From an uncultured delta proteobacterium (GTDB lineage Bacteria; Desulfobacterota; Binatia; UBA9968): DNA of 54,000 nt. The notes beneath the pieces were generated by a model. That model was not told where the DNA came from and did not search any database. It saw nothing but the letters and a program-made list of their open reading frames with translations. This document shows positions 36,200 to 46,291 of the stretch, piece by piece (position 1 is the first letter of the stretch; every line of letters starts with the position of its first letter). The position numbers were made by a program, and so were the translations under genes. The stretch is from the NCBI GenBank assembly GCA_963737905.1, contig CAVTUQ010000020.1, positions 1 through 54,000 of the forward strand. The letters are read 5' to 3'.

Positions 36200-36964
36200 T
36201 CAAGCGACAGCGGTTTGCCTCCATGAAAAAACGTGTTTTTCCCAGCGCCGCAAGAACACGACGTCGATCAAAACCATTAACACCATGAAACTCGCTCCCC
36301 AGGCGAGCATCATATCGGCTCGGATTCCTTGAAACCAATACATAAGCTCCTTACCGACGCCACGGCCCGCACCAAAGGCCTCGCTCACGAGCGCGATCTT
36401 CCACGACAACGCGAAGCTGATGCGCAGGGAGGAAAAAAGGTAAGGCGTGAGTTGAGGGATGAGGACCTTGCGCAAGAGCAGCAAGCGGTTGGCCCGGAAA
36501 ACCGTCGCCATATCGGTGAGCTCTTTGTCCATGGCTTTGGCGCCTTCCCAGACATTCATCGTCACATAGGGAAAAACGATCAGGACGATGGTAAAAATCG
36601 GCGCGATGTCGGATATACCGAACCAGAGCACGGATAGAAAAGCCCAGGAGATCGCTGGAAATGTCAACAGTACCATGATCCAGCTATCGAAGAAGCTTTC
36701 CACCGACCGGCGTAGGCCCATGATCAACCCGATCGAAGCGCCGATGAGCATGGACAGAATCAAGCCGGCCACAACTCTTTCCAGAGTCTTGCCGATGATG
36801 AGATAGGCCGATAGGTGACTGAAAATCCCCACGATCCGGGCCAAGAGGTCCATAGGGGAAGGCAGAAAGGTTGGCAAAAAAAACAGCGATACGGCCTTCC
36901 AGAGCAGCAGAAGGCCGATCAATGACAGGAGACCGGGTAATATGTTCGGCCTAGAGAACTTCAC
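36200..36964 (-). CDS. NitT/TauT ABC transporter permease
   Basis: TM helices, ELTDMATVFRA, SWKIALVSE. GTG start at 36964 avoids overlap with the upstream gene. Confidence 0.9.
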   Translation of the reverse strand: MKFSRPNILPGLLSLIGLLLLWKAVSLFFLPTFLPSPMDLLARIVGIFSHLSAYLIIGKTLERVVAGLILSMLIGASIGLIMGLRRSVESFFDSWIMVLLTFPAISWAFLSVLWFGISDIAPIFTIVLIVFPYVTMNVWEGAKAMDKELTDMATVFRANRLLLLRKVLIPQLTPYLFSSLRISFALSWKIALVSEAFGAGRGVGKELMYWFQGIRADMMLAWGASFMVLMVLIDVVFLRRWEKHVFSWRQTAVA

Positions 36965-36978
36965 CAGCGCCGCTTTCG

Positions 36979-37959
36979 TTACTGTAAGACCAGCGCGTAT
37001 TTCTCTTTGGCGGGTACTGCCTTGATAATACCCGCCTGTTTCGCCAGATCGAGAAACTTCCACTGGGCATCGACTACTTTGGGGTCCCATCGGTCGAGAA
37101 AAATGCCACCCTCTTTGAGCATCTTTTTGAGAGTTGCGGCTTCTGCAGGGGTCTGGACACCGGCCAACTTTCCGTACTTCTCGACGGCTTTGTCCGAGTT
37201 CTGCCGCAACCACTGAAACGATTCGTGCAGCGCGGCGACAAGGTTCTTGGCTCTCTGGCGATCTTCATCGACCCAATCCCTCCAGGCGATGGTCGGAGCG
37301 GACCAGACCAAGCGCTCGCCGGTCTTTTCCTTCCAATAATCATCGGGGCTGAAGAGCACGCGGTATTTGTCCGGCTGTGATGCAGCGGCGATGGAGAGCG
37401 AGCTCAAATTGAACATCGCATCCACTTCACCCTTATCTAAGAGGGCCATCAGGGCCGGACCGGCGACTTCAATAACCTCAGTGTCTTTATTGATATCGAG
37501 CTTAAAGCCATCCATAGCCAGCACCTGCAAAGCCTTGGTGGCGCCAGCGCCACGCGACCAAACGCCGAATTTTTTACCCTTAAGGTCGGTCATTTTTTTT
37601 ATCGGAGAGTCTTTGCGGACCCAAACGTCCTGCATCGACGTAAGCCCGCCGCCGATGACGACCATATCTTTCCCATCGTTCATCTGCTCGATGGCGTTAA
37701 GACCTGCGTAGGTGCCGACAAGCACCTGGCGGCTGGGAAGGCCGGCCATAAAGCCCGCGAACGGCCGCGCATCGACCTCGACCTCGATACCGTGCTTGCT
37801 AAAGATACCCGCGTCCTTCGCGCCGTTGTAGCTCAGCACAAAAGTGCTCCCCCTGGGAATAACCATTTTAACGGTCTTCAGATCCGACGCCGCGTAAGAG
37901 GCGGCCGTAAACACGGCCAAAAAAAGCCCGAGCGCTCCGAGCCAAGTGATCTTTTTCAT
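36979..37959 (-). CDS. NitT/TauT substrate-binding protein
   Basis: SD GGAGG, signal peptide, GIFSKHGIEV, SPIKKMTDLKGKK, GEVDA. Confidence 0.9.
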   Translation of the reverse strand: MKKITWLGALGLFLAVFTAASYAASDLKTVKMVIPRGSTFVLSYNGAKDAGIFSKHGIEVEVDARPFAGFMAGLPSRQVLVGTYAGLNAIEQMNDGKDMVVIGGGLTSMQDVWVRKDSPIKKMTDLKGKKFGVWSRGAGATKALQVLAMDGFKLDINKDTEVIEVAGPALMALLDKGEVDAMFNLSSLSIAAASQPDKYRVLFSPDDYWKEKTGERLVWSAPTIAWRDWVDEDRQRAKNLVAALHESFQWLRQNSDKAVEKYGKLAGVQTPAEAATLKKMLKEGGIFLDRWDPKVVDAQWKFLDLAKQAGIIKAVPAKEKYALVLQ

Positions 37960-38321
37960 TTTTTTCCTCCTTTCCTTCCGAACCGGGATGGGCTTGCTCC
38001 AATGTCCATTCTACGCATTCCGCTCGGACAGGTACATCGGTTATAGTTGCCTCCGATCCATTCAAAGAGGCAACGTTGCGAAAAGCACGCCGGCATCAAC
38101 TGAATGAAGCCGGAAAGATCGCCAACCGATCTCGAGTCCGAGGACTGCCGCTAGACTATAAATCGCGCGCCTTAAGTCAAGAGGCGCGCAGACCAGAGAT
38201 TCCTTTGAAACCACCGAGAACTGCCTGTGTTGATTTGAAAGCGTGTTGACTTAAGGTCAAGAAAGTTGTCCTAATTTGAGCGAAACGAAAAGACAGCTTC
38301 ACTATTCGATGGAAGGTCCCT

Positions 38322-39314
38322 ATGAAAAAGACACTACGGATAGCGCTTTTCTGTTTACTGACTCTTCTTTTACAGTCTTACATGACGGGCAACGCATTTG
38401 GTGCGGGCGGTTCTGAAACTCTGACCCGCGTCCGCATGGGCTTGGCAGCCAGAAGCACGACCTCCATGCCCTATTTTGTTGCCAAGGAACGCGGCTTTTT
38501 CCGAGAGGAAGGCTTGGACGTAGAGCTGATTGTAATGCAGGCGATCCAAACGATTCAGGCCACCTTGGGAAACAGCACTCAATTCGCTTCTGCAACCGGA
38601 TCGGCCGTTAGTGCTGCCGTCAGGGGCGCCGACATCAGGGTCATTTTGGCCGTCACTGACCGGCCATCATTTGACCTTATCGTCCAGCCCAACATTACCA
38701 GTGTTCAACAATTGAAAGGAAAGAAAATCGGCACCGGCGGGGTTGGCTCGCTGGCGGAAATTTTGGCGCGCCGGATTCTTATCGCGCACCATGTTCCTCC
38801 GGAAGAGGTCACGATCCTTGCGACGGGCCCCAGCCATGTCACCTATGCGGCCTTAAAAGCCAAAGTCATCGACGCCGCACCGCTCCAGATGCCTTTGACC
38901 TTCACGGCTCAAGATGAAGGGTTTCGCAAGCTCGTGTCCGCTGGGGACGTTTATCAATCGGTGCAGGGGGGTCTGGCGACAACTAAAGCCCTCCTGGCCG
39001 AGCAACCCGAATTGGTGACCAAGGTGGTTCGCGCAATGTTGAGAGCGACGCGCCTGATCAAATCCGACAGGAAGTATGGCATTGAATTCCTCAAGGGACC
39101 TTGGGTGGACCTCGGCAAGGACCCGGAAAGGATCGCCGCGCGCGTCTATGAGGTTGCAGCTCCGCAGCTTTTGGAAAATGGCTCGGTAAGCGAAGACATT
39201 CAGCGTCAAATGATCGCGGATGCGTCGGTCCGAGTTAAGCCCAAGCAGCCGGTGTTACCGGACCAAGTGTTCGACTTTAGCATTGTTCACAAGGTGAGTG
39301 AGACGTTGCGATAG
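38322..39314 (+). CDS. NitT/TauT substrate-binding protein (orphan)
   Basis: Signal peptide, AKERGFFREEGLDVE, LKGKKIG, IDAA. Confidence 0.9.
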   Translation: MKKTLRIALFCLLTLLLQSYMTGNAFGAGGSETLTRVRMGLAARSTTSMPYFVAKERGFFREEGLDVELIVMQAIQTIQATLGNSTQFASATGSAVSAAVRGADIRVILAVTDRPSFDLIVQPNITSVQQLKGKKIGTGGVGSLAEILARRILIAHHVPPEEVTILATGPSHVTYAALKAKVIDAAPLQMPLTFTAQDEGFRKLVSAGDVYQSVQGGLATTKALLAEQPELVTKVVRAMLRATRLIKSDRKYGIEFLKGPWVDLGKDPERIAARVYEVAAPQLLENGSVSEDIQRQMIADASVRVKPKQPVLPDQVFDFSIVHKVSETLR

Positions 39315-39332
39315 TTCCTCAGCCGCTCTCGC

Positions 39333-39797
39333 CTACCGCGCCTTTACCTGCCGTTTCCCATGGCTATCCTGCGGCACGCCGCGCGCCAGCGACATATGGG
39401 AATGCACGCCGAGCCAGCGCCCATCCGGCTGCCTCGCCAGCACGATCGTCGCGCGTCCCGGACGATCGAAGGGCGTTCCGTCCTCATCGAAACCGGTGCT
39501 GGTCCAAGGCGCGATCGCGACCGCCATGGTACCGTCGGGCGAGGCCAAGATCATGGTGTTCACCAGGTCGAAGCGAAACTCCGCCGTCCGCGGCCAGACA
39601 TTGTCCCATTGGCGTTCGGTCCAGGCCGACAGGCTCTTCACCAGCTCCTGGTATGTTCCGAAGATGACGATGTCGGGATGCCAGAACGGACGCGCCGCCG
39701 CGTAATCCACCTCACGCACGCAGGCGGCAAAGCGATCGAGCCAAGCACGCACGTCCGCCGCAGTGGCGGCATCGGCCTCCGGAAGCGGCAGGTTCAT
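39333..39797 (-). CDS. SnoaL/NTF2-like protein
   Basis: GRATIVL...GRWLGVHSHMS motif. Confidence 0.85.
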   Translation of the reverse strand: MNLPLPEADAATAADVRAWLDRFAACVREVDYAAARPFWHPDIVIFGTYQELVKSLSAWTERQWDNVWPRTAEFRFDLVNTMILASPDGTMAVAIAPWTSTGFDEDGTPFDRPGRATIVLARQPDGRWLGVHSHMSLARGVPQDSHGKRQVKAR

Positions 39798-39914
39798 CTT
39801 ACGCCTCTCATAACGTCGCGGCACCGGAGATATGAGAAAAAATCAGCGACTTGGTAGCGAGTGGGGGAAATAAGCCCGGGAGATATGAAGCTTATCTTTT
39901 AAGACTACCCCTTA

Positions 39915-40577
39915 CTAATCCGTTTTAAAGATATAATGGTAGCGAATCCCGACGTGGTCGACTCCCTCGTTCTGTGATGCTCCGAAAGCTCCCGCGCCGG
40001 ACATGTGATCTACGAAAACGGAGATACCTTGATTTTTCAAAAAATAGGCGCCGATCTCGCCAAAGAGCCGCGGCACGACACGATAGCCAAATCCGCAATC
40101 GTCGGTTTGCTTGCAGTGCTCCTCGTTCTTTTTCAACGGGCCATTGTGAATGGCGGGGCCTATAGCCACCGACATAAAAAGAATCTTGGTCAGATTGAAC
40201 GTCAACGGGTCTGTATATTTATTGGACAGACTGACCTCATAATTGAGCGCGGCGTAAGCCTGGGTCGTTGCGCCGGTAAAATTCGCCGTGACACCGACAA
40301 CCGTATACGGTGAGCCAATCCAACGCCACCACCTCCACCCTGGGGGATTGAACTGCAGTTCCCAGTTAGGATCGACTCCGTTTTCCTGTTTATCGCTTAT
40401 GGGACCTGTGTCATGAAGGGCCAAACCGAATATGGCCTTACGGATCAGCGGCGAATCCGGTTTTGCATTATCCGCTGGGTTAGCATCATCCGCTCCGGCA
40501 GCAGGCCCCGCGAGTAGACAAATAAAAAAAAACATCCAAAGTATAGCTCTATAATTCATTAGCCAAAAGAGTAACAT
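39915..40577 (-). CDS. Outer-membrane PagL-like acyloxyacyl hydrolase
   Basis: Signal peptide, amphipathic beta strands, DHMSGA (His-Ser), NEGVD..GIRY..F ending. Confidence 0.7.
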   Translation of the reverse strand: MLLFWLMNYRAILWMFFFICLLAGPAAGADDANPADNAKPDSPLIRKAIFGLALHDTGPISDKQENGVDPNWELQFNPPGWRWWRWIGSPYTVVGVTANFTGATTQAYAALNYEVSLSNKYTDPLTFNLTKILFMSVAIGPAIHNGPLKKNEEHCKQTDDCGFGYRVVPRLFGEIGAYFLKNQGISVFVDHMSGAGAFGASQNEGVDHVGIRYHYIFKTD

Positions 40578-40722
40578 CAGGACACACTTTTCCGCAAGTT
40601 TTTTTTGCAGTCCGAGGACGCTTCATAGTTTCTTAACGACGAATACGGAACCAACGGCGCAGCGGTACGCTCGGAGCTGCGACGATTTGAAAGGCTTCAG
40701 CATCTTGAACGGTCATTGGGAG

Positions 40723-41658
40723 CTACCCATTCGGCTTGGCGTATTTGCCGGAGAGCTGCGGAGTGGGGACTTCCAGCCCCTTTTCCTGCCGTTGCAGACG
40801 CGTCTCCCTCGCCCACGTGCGCTTGAGATCATCGCGGATCTTCACGTGCAGCCGGCCCAGCGGCTCGGTTTCGAGTTCGACGAGGTCCCCGTCCTGGAAG
40901 GGGTTCAGGCCGCGGTGATTGGTGCCCAGCGCCAGCACATCGCCCGGCTCCAGCGGGTGGATCGAGCTCACCCATTCGATGCAGCGCGGGATCTTGTGGG
41001 CCATGTCGCTGGTGTTGTAGTTCTGCATCAAGGTCCCATTCACCCATAGCCGCACCTGCAGGTTGTCCGGGTTCTTGACTTCGTCGGCCGTCACAATATA
41101 GGGGCCCATCGGCGCGAAGGTGTCGCGCGACTTCATCTGATAGAACGTGTTGCCGGCGGGCAGCAGGCCGCGCGCCGAACCATCTATGAAGTTGAGGTAA
41201 CCGAAAATATATTCCATCGCTTTGGCGGCGGGCACGTTGGCGGCGCGCTTGCCGATCACCAGCGCCAGCTCCGCTTCGCCCTCGAAGATGGTGGCGGGCA
41301 CATCGGGCAGCACCATGGTGTCGTTGTCGCCGATGACACAGCCCGGGGACTTGTGGAACGCGTTGATCGGAGCCGGCTCCTTGCGCGTACCGTCCTCCAT
41401 ATAGTTCACCGCCATGGCGTCAATGTTGACCGGCCTCGGCAACGGCGGCCGGATCCGTACTCTAGCGAGCGGCGCACCCGTGCCGGAGGCAGCGGCTTTT
41501 TCCAAGGCGCCGCGGTAATCCGCGAAGCGCTCGATCAGCCCGCTGATGAGGTTGTGCGGCCCGGTGTGGGGGATGTCGCGCACCCCCTGAGTTACGTCCA
41601 CCACGGTGTCGCCTTTCAACACGCCTAGTTTAAAATCATCGAAAAACAGAAGCTTCAT
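40723..41658 (-). CDS. Fumarylacetoacetate hydrolase family protein
   Basis: EGEAELALVIGK, KSRDTFAPMGP, LEPGDVLALGT. Confidence 0.92.
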   Translation of the reverse strand: MKLLFFDDFKLGVLKGDTVVDVTQGVRDIPHTGPHNLISGLIERFADYRGALEKAAASGTGAPLARVRIRPPLPRPVNIDAMAVNYMEDGTRKEPAPINAFHKSPGCVIGDNDTMVLPDVPATIFEGEAELALVIGKRAANVPAAKAMEYIFGYLNFIDGSARGLLPAGNTFYQMKSRDTFAPMGPYIVTADEVKNPDNLQVRLWVNGTLMQNYNTSDMAHKIPRCIEWVSSIHPLEPGDVLALGTNHRGLNPFQDGDLVELETEPLGRLHVKIRDDLKRTWARETRLQRQEKGLEVPTPQLSGKYAKPNG

Positions 41659-41773
41659 TGGTCCCTCCTTAAGAATTCACTTGGATATAACGGATATATC
41701 GGCCGTGCTTCAAGGAAAAAAGGAAGCCGGCGGATCGAGCGATAACGATTTGCCCACTGGCAATCCACGAACC

Positions 41774-42421
41774 CTACCAGCGATCCTTGCCCATCGCCCA
41801 GCGGTCCAGGCTCGCCAAGTATTCGCGAAACAAAACCATGCGCATCGCCACGGCGCGCCGCACCCGGTCTTGCCGATCCTCCGTCGTCGCATACCGCTTG
41901 AGAAATTCCTGCGGCACGCTGCCGTGTCCCTCTTCGTCTTGGGTAATAAGGCGGTAGGGTTGTTTGATCCATTCAGGAACCTCGGGCGACTTCAGGCACA
42001 TCTGGATCAGATAATTTGCGACGGTTTCGCCGGCGAGAGAAAGCCCGGCGATACGCTCGCAGGTTTCATTGAGCCCTTCCATGGCGTTGAACATGGCGAT
42101 TTGCGCCGGCAACGGCTTGTAGTCAAAAGGTTCTGCTCCCAGGTCGCGGATGCGCTTGGATAAAAGCTCCGCATGCACCATTTCTTCGTGGGCGGATTCC
42201 GCCATCGTCGCTTTGACATCTAACTCCGGCGTCGTCTTGAGCCAGGTGCCGAACAGATCCGCCGCGCGCAGTTCGTTAAACAGGCGGCTCTTCATCACTC
42301 GGATACGTTCTTCATCCGTGCGTAGAGGAACGTAACAGTAAGCCGGCGGATTCGCATCGAGAAATCGGCAGAACGCATACACCGGCGCCAAGGTTTCGTT
42401 TAGAAATTCCTCACCGTTCAT
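41774..42421 (-). CDS. Ferritin-like diiron protein
   Basis: Four-helix pattern E...EEMVH...E...DEEGH. Confidence 0.8.
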   Translation of the reverse strand: MNGEEFLNETLAPVYAFCRFLDANPPAYCYVPLRTDEERIRVMKSRLFNELRAADLFGTWLKTTPELDVKATMAESAHEEMVHAELLSKRIRDLGAEPFDYKPLPAQIAMFNAMEGLNETCERIAGLSLAGETVANYLIQMCLKSPEVPEWIKQPYRLITQDEEGHGSVPQEFLKRYATTEDRQDRVRRAVAMRMVLFREYLASLDRWAMGKDRW

Positions 42422-42551
42422 GGCCTAGTACAGTTTCACGTCATTCAAGAAGTTAGAACCGTTCAAACGATTGAACAACAGATTGAAACCCGATACTCCT
42501 CTCCATGTCCATGAGATGCTTGACCCTATCATAGTCCGCCACTCGACGAAA

Positions 42552-45074
42552 TCAGTTCAATCCCGGAGCAGCGTGAGCTAAGCCAACTTTGCCGTCTGAA
42601 ACCGGCGAACCCTTCACCGGCAACAACAGGCTAAACACACTTCCGACGCCGACTTCGCTCGAAACCTGAATCGTTCCCCCCAGCGCCGCCGCGAGTTTTT
42701 TGGAGAGACTTAGCCCCACTCCTGTTCCGCCGTATTGTCGGGTCGAGGACCCGTCGAGCTGACGAAAATCTTCGAAAATGACTTCTTGATCCTCTCTCTT
42801 GATGCCGATACCTGTGTCGGCAACTGCTATCTTCAAGAAATCTTTTTCCCCTTTGTTGACCACCTGCAGGGTCAGATCGATCCTTCCTCTTTCCGTGAAC
42901 TTGAGCGCGTTGGTTAAGAGTTGCACGAGGATTTGTTGCAGTTTTTGCGCGTCGCTTTCAATGGTATCGATGCTCGATTCCATGTTGATGCCAAACTCGA
43001 TCGGTCGTTCTCGAATCAACCTCTGGGTCATCATCTCTAACCCGAGCAAGATTTCCTCAAGTTTCACCGCCTCGAACTGGGCAATCGAACTGTCCTCTTC
43101 CGTGCGCGCAAAATTCATCAGATTGTCCATTAAATTTGCCAACTCCTGGCCGTTGTTAACAAGGCGGTCCAAGACTTTGCGTGCTTCTCCGTTCAGGTGC
43201 GGATCCAATAATAATACTTCCGCGTAACCGATGATCGTGCTTACCGGTGTCCTGACTTCGTGGCAGATATTGGCAACGAACTGTTTCTTCACTCGATCCA
43301 TTTCAATCAAGCGCTCATTGGTCGCTTCCGCTTTGGCATGAGCCCGCACCGACTCTTCGTAGAGTCGTCCATTTTCCAACGAAAGAGCGAGCTGGTCTGT
43401 CAAACTGACCAATAAGCGCAGATCTTCGGCACTGTATTCTCTTGCCGATCGCTTCGCACCGAAGGAAACGAATCCACGGATTTCCCGTTCAAAGACGAGG
43501 GGCATCAACAGCTCGGTTTTCCATCGAGCGAAAAGAGCCAACAGGGCGCCGCGCGTTTCCTGGAACAAGGGATGCGTCGTCACTTCACCGCGCGATATTC
43601 CATGATGGTGAAGGTTGCCTTGACCCGCTGCCAGCGCTCGCACACCTTCGCGAACATCCGAGCTCGACGGCTCCACAGTGTCCGTGGCAATCGTCAGATA
43701 GTCGTAGGTCTCCTTCGGTCGATACGCCAGACTCACTGTCTCAATGCCCATGCGATCCCTCACTCTTTGGATGAAACCTGTCGCAACGGACGGCGGCGAA
43801 GCCAGCGAGCGTAGAAACAGACTGACTTCTTCCTGCACTCGCGCCGGGTCGTAATCCTGGCGATAGATATAGCGATTGACCGCAGTTTCAATCCAACGCA
43901 GGAGTGGATTGAAAAAAAGCACGACGAGCACCGAGAAGAACAACGCGACAAGCGGATCATTGTCGTAAACACCGGCCCACGGACCCAAAAGAACGACCAC
44001 GACGGCATACATCGCCAACAGAAACGCCGTCAGCGCAATCCGGCTCAATCCAACCTTCAAAGCATTGCCGAGGTCAAAGAGGCTGTATTTGAGAAGCGCA
44101 TAGGTGACCGAGAGGGGAAAGAAGATCGTTGGAACCAACGCAACGTTATAGGGAATGGCCAAATCAAACGAGCTGGTCAGCACCGTGCAAAGCGTGGGAA
44201 GCAGAAATCCTAGCAGAGCGCCAACGAACATCACACGAAGACGCGACCGGTCTAAGTCAGAGATCGGCCCGCGCAACGCCGACCCGATCACACCTAAGAA
44301 CGTCAGGGCGCCGACGCAGGTGAAAACATACCCTGCGCGAAAAACGTAGATCCAGGTCTCCATGGGCCCAAAAAAGGTCACGCTGTTCAACAGCCCGAGA
44401 AAAAGAGCGATCCCATAGATAGAGGCAAGACCCACAGGATGACATCGTCGAAGAGGGCTGCCGATCTTTAATAACAACGCGAGGTGAAGGGCTGCGCTTG
44501 GAGTGAGCGTCAATGCAAAGATCCGCATCTCCTTGGGCAAGACTCCCGCAGTCATGAAATCGAATGTCACTTCGAACCAGACAAAAACCGCGATCACCAT
44601 AAGACAGAGCGGTCCCGCCGCCGGAGAGGCGGCCCGAAAGGTGTAGGGCGCCACGCCGATAATGAGAAACGCAATCCCCATCACTACATAAACGCCAAAA
44701 CTCAGAAACCAATCATGCAAAGATAGAGTCATGGAGGGGACGGCAACGTCCAATGTCTGAGAATCTCGGAGGATGCGGTAATGGAAAGTGGAGCCGGCCG
44801 GCGCGCTCTTGACCCGATCGTAAAGTTCACTGCGCTGTCGTAAGGCCACGCCGTTGACGGCGACGACGCGGTCCAGGGTTCGCACTCCTGCTAGCCCGCC
44901 GGTCCAGCTGGGGAGAAAATACGGCCCTAGGGTTAGATTTTCATACAAGAAAAAACCAGGAAAGGGTTTAGAAATCCACTGGAAAGAAGCGACTAGGGTT
45001 CCACCGATGAGTAAGAGCGCGATGAAACCCATAGTCGCCAGCAGCAGTTGTCGTTGCCACGGTTGTTTAGCCAT
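42552..45074 (-). CDS. Membrane sensor histidine kinase (PDZ-like + multi-TM + GAF + HisKA/HATPase)
   Basis: GVRTLDRVVAVNG (PDZ-like), several TMs, GAF (LMPL...YSAEDLRLL), H-box CHEVRTP, NALKFT, DTGIGI, GTGVGL; SD GGGAGG before ATG 45074. Confidence 0.92.
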   Translation of the reverse strand: MAKQPWQRQLLLATMGFIALLLIGGTLVASFQWISKPFPGFFLYENLTLGPYFLPSWTGGLAGVRTLDRVVAVNGVALRQRSELYDRVKSAPAGSTFHYRILRDSQTLDVAVPSMTLSLHDWFLSFGVYVVMGIAFLIIGVAPYTFRAASPAAGPLCLMVIAVFVWFEVTFDFMTAGVLPKEMRIFALTLTPSAALHLALLLKIGSPLRRCHPVGLASIYGIALFLGLLNSVTFFGPMETWIYVFRAGYVFTCVGALTFLGVIGSALRGPISDLDRSRLRVMFVGALLGFLLPTLCTVLTSSFDLAIPYNVALVPTIFFPLSVTYALLKYSLFDLGNALKVGLSRIALTAFLLAMYAVVVVLLGPWAGVYDNDPLVALFFSVLVVLFFNPLLRWIETAVNRYIYRQDYDPARVQEEVSLFLRSLASPPSVATGFIQRVRDRMGIETVSLAYRPKETYDYLTIATDTVEPSSSDVREGVRALAAGQGNLHHHGISRGEVTTHPLFQETRGALLALFARWKTELLMPLVFEREIRGFVSFGAKRSAREYSAEDLRLLVSLTDQLALSLENGRLYEESVRAHAKAEATNERLIEMDRVKKQFVANICHEVRTPVSTIIGYAEVLLLDPHLNGEARKVLDRLVNNGQELANLMDNLMNFARTEEDSSIAQFEAVKLEEILLGLEMMTQRLIRERPIEFGINMESSIDTIESDAQKLQQILVQLLTNALKFTERGRIDLTLQVVNKGEKDFLKIAVADTGIGIKREDQEVIFEDFRQLDGSSTRQYGGTGVGLSLSKKLAAALGGTIQVSSEVGVGSVFSLLLPVKGSPVSDGKVGLAHAAPGLN

Positions 45075-45181
45075 GTAGCCTCCCTGGGCAGATTCCCTGC
45101 TGGATCGAGAATGCCGCATGGGCATTTATCAAGCCGTAGCGAGCTCTGTCAAGACGTAACGATCGGAGAATTTTGCCCGGC

Positions 45182-45227
45182 AAAAAACGGGCCCCCGAAG
45201 GCCTGTGCAGCAGGCCTTCGCTTGGGG
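45182..45227 (-). terminator. Putative intrinsic terminator
   Basis: Perfect 10-bp stem CGAAGGCCTG/CAGGCCTTCG (45196-45220), extendable with CCCC/GGGG, then U6 on the minus strand. Confidence 0.6.
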
Positions 45228-45266
45228 AGAAGGAGAATTCGTAAACGGAGATGGGATTGGAGACGA

Positions 45267-45791
45267 CTAGATCTTTTCGATGGTTTCGATCGGCAGAACT
45301 AACCGCGTTTGGCGACCCAGAATATCGAGTAAAACCGCCACCCGCTCGCTTCCCTTCATTTTTTTCTCGAAGATCGCCTGAAGGCCAGAAAAGGGACCCT
45401 CATTGATTTTGACCGCATCGCCCGGTTTTGCCGATATCAGTTCGATTTGGGCTACACCGTCCGGACACCGTTCGCGCAAAGACGTAACGATCTCGCCCCC
45501 CACTTCAGCAATGTGATTGCCGAACTTGAGAAAATCTTTAACGCCGGGAGCGTAGCGAGCTGCTTTCCCCGACTCTACGAGATCGAGCCGACAAAAAAGA
45601 TAACCGGGAAAAAGTGGAACGAGAACCCAGTGAAACCGGCTGCCTATTCTTCGCCGCGTCCGCATCCACGGTAAAAAAACTTCGATGCGGAGATCGGAAA
45701 ACCGCTTTTCAACTTCCTTCTCCTTGTTGGCCTTCGTCTGCATCGCGTACCAACGAAGACCGGGTTCAATATGCAAAGACTCCTCGTTCAT
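45267..45791 (-). CDS. NusG paralog (RfaH/UpxY/LoaP-like antiterminator)
   Basis: WYAMQTKANKE, PLFPGYLFC, PGVKDFL, KOW GDAVKINEGPFSG, ERVAVLLDILG; not in a secE-rplK context. Confidence 0.9.
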   Translation of the reverse strand: MNEESLHIEPGLRWYAMQTKANKEKEVEKRFSDLRIEVFLPWMRTRRRIGSRFHWVLVPLFPGYLFCRLDLVESGKAARYAPGVKDFLKFGNHIAEVGGEIVTSLRERCPDGVAQIELISAKPGDAVKINEGPFSGLQAIFEKKMKGSERVAVLLDILGRQTRLVLPIETIEKI

Positions 45792-46291
45792 AGGGCGAGC
45801 CTTCTCCCTCAAAAGTCCGAGAGCGTGGGTTGGATTCCCACGAATTGTAACAAACAAAAGTGCTGATGATAATATGACCCGGACGAATTGCGATCAACTG
45901 TTTGGCTGGATTAGGAATTTTCTTGACTTTCCTCGCAAATAACGCTTCAATATGCTCAGGAAACGGGTGAACTGAATAACAAGTTCTTTGATGTCGTCTA
46001 AAGGTCAAAGAAATAAGCTGGCTGGCCGACCAGAAAAGCAACAGAAGGAGGTCGAACGCAAGCCTTGAAATATTCCCGATTCTCTCCTGACGGTATTCCC
46101 AGATCAACCCCTTTTTATTTCTATTTCCTATCTCAAGGTGATGCGCGAAATTAAAATAGTGCTTTCACCGGCGTACCTCTATTCTTACCGTCACAACTTA
46201 TTATTGTTGCCCGAGCGATCGAAGTTCCCGCGAGTAGGAACTCACGTGCCTGCAAATATTCAAATCAATTTCGCAAAGGGAGGCTGCTGGA

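Noticed and set aside
36965-37213. N-terminal extension of the permease ORF
   Set aside because: Overlaps the upstream binding-protein gene in another frame and is not protein-like.
40660-42490. GTTCAA/TTGAAC-rich short palindromes near 40690-40715 and 42455-42490
   Set aside because: Possibly degenerate REP-like repeats, but too short and divergent to support.
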